From Paecilomyces variotii (lineage: Eukaryota), in NCBI GenBank assembly GCA_004022145.1, contig RCNU01000004.1: 64,000 nt of DNA; one strand, given 5' to 3'. A program made the translations under genes and the position numbers. Of the stretch, positions 26,801 to 37,317 are shown one piece after another. Below the pieces are notes generated by a model. That model was not told the origin of the DNA and ran no database searches. It saw nothing but the letters and a program-made list of their open reading frames with translations. Numbering within the stretch: the stretch's first letter is position 1; every line of letters begins with the position of its first letter.

Positions 26801-29800
26801 CACGTTCATGTCCTCAAGCCACTTGATTTTAGTGTCGAGTTATACTTAGGTACCTCGCAGTAGAGTAGGCGCCCGCCGCGTCTAGAACCTGGTCAAGCTG
26901 AAGTTCTCACGAGAATAAGCCTGCCTAGACCTAGCTTTCCACATGCTGTCCGATCAGCTAACCCTTCCGGCCGCTCTTCAAACTCAATATGCACGCGATA
27001 GGGGGTAGATACTAGATAGTCTACTCCGTGCAGTGCTTGTTCAATAATAATCTCTGCGGGCTTAATTGTTGAACCATGCCGAATTCGAGATTGCCTGATG
27101 ATGACTACTAGCCAGCCCCATCGTCGTCATTCTTTCCTTTCTTCAGATGTCAACCCCCCACTACGCTCTAAAATGGAAGGTCATGACAAAACAGTGGCCG
27201 AGGCCCTCTAACTAGTTAACTAGGCAATATCTTTCCAAGAAGAGTAGTAACTGGGTAATCAATAAAGGACTAGTGTTAGCAAGAACATGTGATCCGAGCC
27301 CGCCGTACTCCGTAGTTCTGCTGTCAATGCGAGAGTAACTAACTATGGTAGTCCTCCACCAAGATCGACTCCAAGCCGGCATGTAACCGACGGGTCTAGC
27401 GACCGAGGCTTAGCTGAGTCTGGCAACAAGCTGCGTTCAGATGACCAGACTAGTATCTAACCCTCCAGTCGCCAACGTCTCGTTTCAGAAATCAACAACA
27501 CAAGTTTAATTTTAACAATCTCAGGTGAGAGTGCCAGTGTAGCTGCATTATTCCCTTTCTTTCTTTCTTTTTCTTTTTTCTGCGCAGGTGACACGTACTC
27601 ACTTTAAAAAAAAAGGTATCTATTCTAGTGCTGGATCCACAATGGGCTGAGATTCATAATCTATGTCATAGCGGATCGAAAGCCACTTAAATCCGATAGG
27701 CTATGCAGTACGCACGGCATCCTTTGAAGGGAACAAGCTACCATCGTTTCATTCGTTCCCAGCCCATTTAGCATCGGTCAGCCTGTTGTAAGGGGATCAG
27801 ACCCGGCAGATCGACAGTAAGGGCCTGGGATGATGGCTTACAGGATGCAGAAGCCAAAAAGAAAAAAGAAAAAAAAAATATCAATCAGACATGGGGGAAG
27901 ATCATAACGCAATGAGGAAGTTAGCTGGTACGGTAACTGGCATGTTCGACGCTGCAAGTTCCCACTCCTTCGAGTTCGGTCTTATACGGAGGGAGGCATT
28001 ATTACGGCATCATAAGCTGAAGGTGCAGCACCGACTCTAGTAGGTACTGTAGTAGTAGTGTCCCGACTCCCTAGATGGCCTCTATTACCAGCGAGAGATC
28101 ATGGCGGGAGTATGTGCGTTCCAAATCCCGAGTCCTTATCAGTATTTGCATATGGCACTGATGGAGTGTTACACAAGCTGCACAGCGTGACTGGAGCCCT
28201 TTCCAGGCAACAACTGCACATATCTAACGTAATGGCTAGGTAGTCTTGGGGGATATATGGTATTCGCTGGATTGAGCACAGAAGTTGGCTTGACATAGAT
28301 AATAATACAGTCCAGCGGTAGTTAGCTAGGGAAGTACAGTAGATTAGAGTTAGATGACCATGTCTTCTGTGATATTGCTATATCCCTATCTCACTTCTAA
28401 ACTCAAGCTACATACACCTAAGCCCCTAAACCCATTCAAGATCTATAAGTCTCCAGGAACCTAAGAGCAGGATTATTATTCATTCACTGCCCGCTGAACA
28501 GACAATCCTGACTCGATCAATGTACCGCTGCGAACGATCCGAGAGCAGTTTCGGTTTAAATGACCGTTCTCGCCGACGAATCCAGAAATAGAAAGGCCTC
28601 GACCTGACAATGTCGCATGGGCGTTCGCCTAGGTAGGTTGCATGATCGTAGAGTGGAGCTATCTAGTCGTTCCTTTCGACTGTTTCTTTCAGCCCTGATA
28701 GATAGTTATTATTATTATACTGTGCATGCCTCTTACAACTTATCTCTTTTTAGAAAACGGTGTATACTATAACCGCCCAATGGGGATAGACAGACAAGAC
28801 CCACGTAATTCTGAGAAGAGGACGCAGAAAAAAAAAAAAGAAAAATAAAACCCCCTAAATACTTGAAGTTCTTCAATAAAAAAAAATATCCAATACCAAT
28901 GCACAAAATCCAGTGCATGGCATCAGCTACGGCCAGAACTCCAGAGTCCCCGTGCGCAATCAGGGGACGGACCTGGGGCTAAATTACGGGGATGAGTTCC
29001 CGCGGCTCCCAAAATCGAAAAAGAACAAGAACAAGCGTGATGTGATCCCTGTTTCCCGTCGCTTTCCAACGTTCAAAACGTTAGTTAACCCACGATTTCA
29101 GCTTATCTATCTAGCGGATATATTCGCTTCTTCTTCCTCCAGTTTCGATATCTGGAGTGTTTCCTGTTGCGTTAGTTGGTAGGTATCTAATAATTTATGC
29201 TCCACCTCGAAATGCCTCTTATGGCTTCATGAAAAATTCTCCGAGAACTTAATCAATAGCGACGTTTCATGATGCTAGGTGTACAATTCTATTGGATAGG
29301 GAACAAAAAGATGAGAATTTCTGCGTTATTGTCGTTATTGCGGCGTTGTCACGGACTCGAGACCTTGGGGCATATATTTGACGATAAACGGCTTCTGAGA
29401 TCCGAAGCCCGCTCCAGTTTAGGGATCAACTAGTGGCTTGCACTGCGGGAATGAGGTCCGACGGTTTCGTGAATGGTTTAATTATTGGCCTGACTCACAG
29501 GTCACTTCTGGAGATGAACAATCATAATGATAGTAATAGAAGCTGGCAGAGGTGATCCGCCAAGACTTTCGACTCAAGTCGCGGCGCACAGCTTGAGACG
29601 CTACCCTAACGACCGGGCCAACTCTGATATTTGCCATCCTTTATTCCCATTACGAGTCATTAGGAGGTCCCCCATTTGAGTCTCTGGAGAGATAATCATG
29701 ATTCTGCGGAAGGGAAAGTCCAGAACGATCTCTTAATCGACACGCCTCCTTGATTGCTCCCGTCCCGTCTCTTACTTGGGTCTAAATTAGTCGACTTAGG

Positions 29801-32213
29801 GCTTTCCGGGATGTCTCGGAACATAGAAAGCGACACGATGTGATTGCAGGATCCTGGAAATCAGGCATGCAGAGTCACTTCGGGGGGAGTTGGTCATCCA
29901 CAAGGGTTATTATCATTCGAGGTCGTTAGGAGGAACTCCATCTGCGTCAGCCTATCGCGGCTTACTCAGCTGCTATACTTCAGCCAGATCAATTGAGATG
30001 ATGGTCGACGGACTTGAAATATCGGACATTTTCCATGTGACGCTCCACCAACGTTCCTTGAATCCGTGGTTCTCTTGAGAGTCCTGTTTCTATGATCATG
30101 CCATAAGTGGGATCTGCGAAACCGGTGCGCGGTCGCCAGTACTCCACTGCAACTTACCTATGCTTGGAATTTTCGTTGAGAAACCCCATGCGGACGACAT
30201 CGGATTTTATCATTTCACATCCGACCTGCTATTCTCATTCGATCTAATCGATGAATTGGCGAATGGCGAAATTACAGACAATCACCGTAACCGCTGTCAT
30301 CATTCCATTGCCCTCTTTGGAGCTCGGCATTTCAACAATTTGATAGAGGCAATGTTTCTCGGAATGTTACTGTTCTCCTCAGTTCGCTATCTTTCCCCGA
30401 ATTTCCGTCAGTGGGGGATGCACCGATGCCTCTATTTGGGGGGTCTCCTACTGTTGTGTATGGCAATAACTATGTGCTGAATGCTGACGGACAATCTGAA
30501 ATCGCAGGCATCGTCGTGGTTAGCCCGTCTAACGGTCCTGTTTGTCATTACCCCTGCAGACTTGCATTGCAGTTGACATGATGTTGAGACCTTGATGCTG
30601 GTATATCGAACAGGCTTCTCCGCAAAAGAGCGCAATTATGACGGAGCTGATCGTCACAAATCTTGCCATGTGTTGCTATGCGGAATCGGCATCAGGGCCA
30701 CTCAAGGTTAAACCATCAATAACGTTATACCTGGTGATCTACTTGATCAACATTGACACGTGTAGGCAGGCATGAAAGGCTTTATGTCTAATATGATTCC
30801 ACGTCTTCGTCAGTGGTGATCTCTTTCCCTGCCAACATAACCTATCCCCGTACTCTGTTGTTGACGTAAACAGTGGGTTACTCGAACACCCCTGTTTAAG
30901 AGTCTTGCACTCTCAGGAGACTGACTATACATACAAATCTTGTGCACACTTTCTGATTCAGTCTCAGAATGGAGGTCTGAATGGCCGTAGGAGAAAAACA
31001 GATATAGAAGCTTTTCTTCGAACTATTCTTGTTTTGCCTCAAGCAGTATACGCATCTATTCTCTTATTTTACTGCTACACATAAGGACCTTTCGCGTTAT
31101 TGTCCGTATTTGGCCATATAAAAAGCACTAGACTTGATATCTTATAATAACGGCGTAAGCAGTTCTGATTCCATTGCATGAGGTTAAACCCGTTCGTCTA
31201 TAAGTTATTTCCAAGATCGAAGTTTGCTTTATAGAATAGAAAACTCGAACGGCAAGGAGGATATATACTTACCACGTGCCCACTTTTGACGAATAGAGAG
31301 CATGTATTCAATCTCAGGGCTGATACAATAAGATTCCGAAGTACGCGCATAACTGCCAAACATACTAAAGGAAGTACGAAGAGAACCTATCTTAATCATA
31401 CATTAATCATAATACAACAGAACACACTACATGTGTAACTATATAACTACACCCCGAACTTCCAGCAGCCAACAAACCTGGACTGGAGATCCCATCACCC
31501 GTTCTCTACATTTAGTCCAGTGGTCCCATGCTAGACTGCAACCCAGCCCGTGCGCATAACTCTACATGTATGTACCTGTGATATCTCACACGCTGGAGAT
31601 GATTTTCCTTCTAGAAGCTACCAGGTTTAGACGGATGCGAGTCAGGATCATTGCGGCCGGGGGTGTGATAAGTCGGCGACCCTTGAGGGATGAACTTCAG
31701 GGTATAGAAGATAATCCCTGAGTCTGTCTGCCCCTGACATGTCCATGTCCATGACCTTGTCCGATCCTTGTCTTTTATATAGTGCTACTAGGGGTAAATT
31801 CAAGATATATTGTTCGTCTTGTATCCAATCTAGTGTGGTCTTTGAAGAGTTTCTTATGTCTTTCCTGCTCGTTGCTGGGCTGAACATACGACAAATCAGA
31901 ATTCCTGCTTTTCGTCTGCTATCGTGAGTTGTTGGTGTTCACAATGAAGTTTTAGAGTATATGATTTCAAGCGTCCAGATACCTACTTCACATGTATCGG
32001 AACTTACCGGTCAATCTTTTGATTGGATGCAGAGGAACGTTTTAGATTGGAGTTGAAGTCTCAGGCTTATGGATGTCACAGACCGAAGAGCAATTTGATA
32101 ACCCTATCAAACTATGCTCCCAAGCGCTGTCTAACTAACTAGTTAACTGAGGCTTTGAGTAGATAAAACAGTCATACTTGCTCCTGCCAGCCCCGCGACG
32201 ATGGCGCGCCTAG

Positions 32214-32294
32214 ATCACGTGATGCTACCACATAGCCCTCAAAAAAGTACAGCGAATTTGGCAATCGCGCTAAGGACCCCTCCCCTTTGACTCA
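32214..32294 (+). promoter_or_regulatory. E-box palindrome ATCACGTGAT (32214-32223) and Gcn4/CpcA element TGACTCA (32288-32294) upstream of Asn-tRNA ligase
   Basis: Exact consensus matches about 150 and 80 nt upstream of the ATG. Aminoacyl-tRNA synthetases are known cross-pathway-control targets. Confidence 0.6.
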
Positions 32295-32367
32295 TCGGAA
32301 TCGCAACGAAGACCAGCGCGCGCTGTGCCAGACCTCTTCTGGTCGCTTCTTCAGTCAATCTTGCACA

Positions 32368-34260
32368 ATGGCGGTCATATACATCGACGAGGAGAGAGGC
32401 ATTGATGCGCCTGAGACTCAGGGCACTGAGGCCGCGCCCTTCAAGAGTCTGCAGGAAGCATACCTCGTGCGCGGGGCCGATAACGAGTACCAGGTGAAGA
32501 AGAAGGGCGAGGAGGAGTACAAACCCGCGGCTAGCTCCGCTCTGAAGAAGGCCGTTAAATACGCAGATGTCCAGCGCAAGAAGCGTGAACAAGCGGCCAA
32601 GCAAGCCGAGAAGAAAGCGGAAGAAGAGGCTGCGCGTGAGGCTATCCTGGAACAGGCCAAGAACATCAAGATTTCGGAGGACGAGTCGCTACCCAAGGCC
32701 GTTCTCATCAACATCGCAGAGACGGATCCCAAGGTTATCGGAAAACTGCGCAAGAACAAGGATGAGCCCAAGGAGGGAGTTGTGCGCGTGCGAGTTCAGG
32801 GACGTGTCCAGCGTTTGGCCAAGCAGGGTGGACTTATCTTCATCACGCTGCGTCGTGGACTGAACCTGATGCAGTGCTTGCTTTCCGGTCAGCTTTCTAA
32901 GACATACGATGCCCTGACCCTCACCCGTGATACTTCGATCGAGATTTTTGGAGAGCTTTTTGAGGTCCCAGCTGGCGCTCACGCTCCTCTCAACCGAGAG
33001 CTGCACGCTGATTACTTTAGAATCATCGCCAAAGCTCCTGGAGGAGATGACGCTTTGGCGACCCGGGTGCCTGAGGACGGTGACCCCCACACACTGCTTA
33101 ACCTGCGCCACCTTACTCTGCGTCATGATAAGCCCAGCGCTGTTATGTACGTCCGTGACGTTCTGGAGTCTGCTTTCAACACTTCCTACAGAGAACTTGC
33201 GATCAAGAAGGTCAGCCCGCCGGCTCTCGTGCAGACTCAAGTCGAGGGTGGTGCTACACTGTTCAAGCTCGACTACTATGGTGAGACTGCCTACTTGACT
33301 CAGTCCAGCCAGCTTTACCTCGAGACTGTCCTTCCTGTTCTGGGAGACGTATACTGCATTGAAAAGTCTTTCCGTGCTGAGAAGTCCCTGACCCGTCGCC
33401 ATGTAAGTTGTTCCTCTTGTTAAATTGTGTACTAGTTCACTGACAAACAAAGCTCTCTGAATACACACACATCGAAGCGGAACTCGACTTCATCACCTTC
33501 GATGACCTCCTCGCACATCTCGAACACCTCATCTGCCGGGTTATCGATTTGACATTTGAGGACCCTGTCGCCGCTGAGCTTATCAAGAAATACAACCCCG
33601 AATTTAAGAAGCCTGCCAGACCATTCTTGAGGATGCGGTATGCGGATGCCATTAACTGGCTGGTTGAGCACGGTATTAAGCGAGAGGACGGCAACGACCA
33701 CGAATTTGGTGATGACATGTAAGTTTCAACTCCATTCGCCTTTTCTCATTTCAGATCCGAGAGCCTATCTGGGTTGAGAAAGCATTGTGTTGACATAGTT
33801 GAATAGTGCCGAAGCTGCCGAGCGCAAGATGACCGACGAAATCAACCGCCCTATTTTCCTCACTCACTTCCCCGCGGAAATCAAGTCTTTCTACATGCAG
33901 AGAGCCGACGACGACAAGCGTGTTACAGAGTCTGTTGACGTCTTGATGCCTGGTGTCGGTGAAGTGGTCGGAGGTAGTATGAGAACCTGGGACTACGATG
34001 AGCTCCTGGCCGCCTACAAGCGCGAGGGCATCGACCCCAGCGGCTACTTCTGGTACTTGGACCAGAGAAAGTATGGATCCAGCCCTCACGGAGGTTACGG
34101 TTTCGGTGCTGAGAGGTATGTTGATTGATTTAAACACATTTGCTATTTCTAGGACCCCAAAAGCTAACATTAAGAAAGATTCCTGGCCTGGCTCATGAAG
34201 CTCTGGACCGTCCGTGAAGCGTGCCTGTACCCGCGTTTCATGGGCAGATGCACCCCTTAA
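32368..34260 (+). CDS. DED81: Cytosolic asparagine--tRNA ligase (4 exons)
   Basis: [22 protein letters not shown], motif 2 [37 protein letters not shown] and motif 3 [15 protein letters not shown]. Introns 33403-33452, 33719-33806 and 34116-34178. Confidence 0.96.
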
Positions 34261-34593
34261 ACGAACAAGGCAAGACAAAAAAAAAGCAAGATGAACCAAA
34301 GGCACTACGATGTTATGATGCTTAGATATGCGTTTATCGAAAGAAATATTAGAAAGTTTCAAAACCCTTGCATGGGGCCTTATCGTCGATGAAGTTGTCC
34401 TATGACATTTCCTTCCTTGACCGGATTTCTTTTCGGGATCCCAGGTCTCTGATGTCGTATTTTATCAACATACAGTAGTAAGACATGCTACTAGGAACAG
34501 TAAGATATATCAATGTGATTCATGGTTGTAATGTGCTGTGATCCCTAGTTAGAAGTTTGCAATTAACATAGTAGCACTTTGCCGGAGACTTAG

Positions 34594-34612
34594 CCTCTCT
34601 CTCTCTCTCTCT
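34594..34612. repeat. (CT)n microsatellite
   Basis: About nine CT units read directly. Confidence 0.8.
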
Positions 34613-35138
34613 CCACGGTGCTGGGAATGACTCGTCCCATGACCATGGTCTTGGATAGATATACTGTACTCGTTACCATGAACTCATATCCAAGGGAACA
34701 GGACATCTGATCATCCATGGGATAATTCGTGATAGAGTTTACCAAACAAACCCCCCACGTGTTGACCCAGAGACTAATATAAGCATAAACAAACCCCTGT
34801 ATCTGATCGGATATACAGTAGTCGGGTGAACAATCCACCATTTATATTCTCAGCAAAGACCAAAAAAGGGAGACTTGTGGTAATTGTTCATAATATTCGT
34901 ACAGAACGTAATACGGTATCATCTCTTCATGCAGTGTATCGTACACATATCTTGCAAATGTTCGATGGGAAAAGCAAGCAAGAAAGACAGATACATCGTG
35001 GATCGCATCGCTTGCTCGTCTAGTCTGGTAGGAAAGGGGAACGGAAGGGAAAGGAGAATGCATATATAAAGAAAACAACACGCCCGTCTCTAGGGGGTTA
35101 GTTTAAGATATGAGTCTAGGCTCTATAAAATCACGGTA

Positions 35139-37317
35139 TCACTTCCGAACAGGTTCTGGGTTAGGCACGTTGGGAGCGCGAGATTGCGCTTGTGGTAGTA
35201 GTGGAGGCTGGTCTTCCGGAGGTGCCTCGAGCGCCAAGGGTGTTTTGTCTTCATCGGTAGTATCGTCATCGTAGCTGGAAGAGTCGCTCTGCCCTCGGAG
35301 GCCCTGGCGACGAGCCTCTTCTCTGCGTTGACGGCGTTCTCGTCGCTCTGCTTTGTATCGAGCATCTGGTTTTATGTTAGTGTGGCTCTCAATAGGGGCG
35401 GGTATTAAGGGAGGATTTATGGCCGAACTCACCTCTGATCTCCTGGGTCTTTACAGCGTAGGCTTGGATCTCTTCCTTTGTCAAAACACGCAGAACAATG
35501 ACGTACTCGGACCGCTCTTCAAAGCGCTCGTGGCCGGCTTCTAACGCGGCCGGGTTGACGAGACGGCGGTCAATTTTAGTCCACCGAGCACCTGGGGGAA
35601 TTCCATTCTTCTGCGCATCTTTGAGAGGCGCAACACCCTCCCTGACGGCAGTCGGCTCTTCAGGGAATTTCTCACGAGGAGGCTTTAGGATTCCCTTCGG
35701 CGGGGCTTCAGGTTCCTTGGGAGCAGCAGCGCCTACCGTGACAGACCTCTTTTGGCGATCTTGAGGCTCCTCGGAGGTCTCCTTGGCGATAGATTCATCA
35801 GAGTGGCGAGAATCACGATTGCGGCGTCGAACCCGTCTCATCCTCTGACTGTCGGAACTGTCCGTTTCAGAATCCAACGACCGCCCATCTCTGGCGTAAT
35901 CGGAGTTCTTGAGCTCGCCAATTCTTCGATGTTGCGATCGGGCTCGCGTATATTGATGGAGGGCTTCATCGGAACTATAGTCATCTGAGTCACTTCCAGG
36001 GCGGCGTAGAGAGGAACGCGCTCTCCGTCTGCGGTGCTCCCTGTGTCCATCGTCCGCTCTGGTTTTCGAATAGCTGCGTGAAGGATCGCGGGATCGATGA
36101 CGATGCTTTGAACCGGCATCAGGGTCTAATAGATCCTTGGAGTATCCGCTAGCCAGTCCAGCCGTGGCAAGTCCTCCAGCCATGGCAGGATGAAGCTTAT
36201 CGCTTCTGGAATCTCTGTCATCACGGCGATCGCGACTTCTCAGGTCATCGTCGTGGCGCCGGTGGTGGCGACGGGAATGTCGACGATCACTGTGGTCCTC
36301 CCTATACGAGGAATAGCCTTCGTCTCTATCCTGATGCACGACGGCTGCTCTGTGCCGCGGTGCGTGAAGGGAACCCGACGATTCACGCGAGGCGTCACTA
36401 CCTGCGCGAGTACGGCCCACTCGTCCGTGCTTTTCATCCTTGTCCAGTCTATCAAAGCCCCGTTGCGACGGCGGAGGTCCGAATGCTCTTGGTTCTTTCC
36501 TCGACAGGTACGGTAGATATGATTCGAGTCCGGTCATACTCACTGGCCGCTCTCTCCGGTAACTCTCTCTTTCCGGAGCGGGGTTGCCCGCGAACTCTTT
36601 CTCAAACTGCTCTTTTGCATTGGTGTATGAATATGCATCATAGTCGTCGACGTCGTCTCTTCTCAGGTCACCTGTGAGTGGGTGTCCATGGCGGCCAGAG
36701 GATCTATAAGCACGGTAACCACCGCGGTCCCTGCGTGCTCTCTCGGGGTCCAGTCGACCGGTGTCGCTAGCATAATCATGGCTGTATATCCTGCGATGAC
36801 GTGGGCTATGGATGGACGAAGCTGGCAGGAGGTATCTCTCGGAATCCTCTCTCGAGTGTGTAGATCGTGGGTGTAGTGGACTCGGAGGTCGATCATAGAC
36901 GGTCGTGATCAAGGGAGGCGGACGGCTGGGCGAAGTCGGGATAGCCAGGCTCAATGGATGTCGATTCGAGTCAGCTCCTGACGCAGTATTGCTCCTTGGT
37001 CTTGGTCGAATGGCATACTCCGTCCGTAACTTAGTCGATTGACCTGGATCTCTGAAAGCTTTGGTGGAAATCGGTTGCGCTTCGAGCTTTCGATCGCCTC
37101 CGACCCAGGGGTCGTGGTTGTTTCTGTAGGGAATATCTGCCATTCTCTCCACACTTGATCTTGGGGTCGTATGGGGATCATAGCCATAGTAGTTCGCAGG
37201 CGACGCGTAGACATCCAAGGACGGACCCAATGGAACCGTGCCTGTGGAAGCGCGCATAGGATCCATCAAGCGCTTGCTCCCAGGGGACGCAGGGCGATGA
37301 CGAGTTGAATGAGCCAT
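35139..37317 (-). CDS. Arg/Asp/Ser-rich conserved fungal protein with a C-terminal DUF8035-like domain (2 coding exons)
   Basis: ATG 37317. Conserved C-terminal block PKGILKPPREKFPE..EGVAPL..PPGARWTKIDRRLVNPAALE...YVIVLRVL. Intron 35432-35366 leads to the last exon DARYKAERRE... A probable 5'-UTR intron has a GTCAGT donor near 37735 and GCTAAC branch near 37687. Confidence 0.85.

Noticed and set aside
21200-32200. Many 60-140 aa ORFs in the long intergenic region
   Set aside because: Mostly non-ATG starts and overlapping on both strands, with no domains; consistent with random ORFs.
32689-34362. Long minus-strand ORFs (259 and 203 aa)
   Set aside because: Antisense shadows of the codon-biased Asn-tRNA ligase gene.
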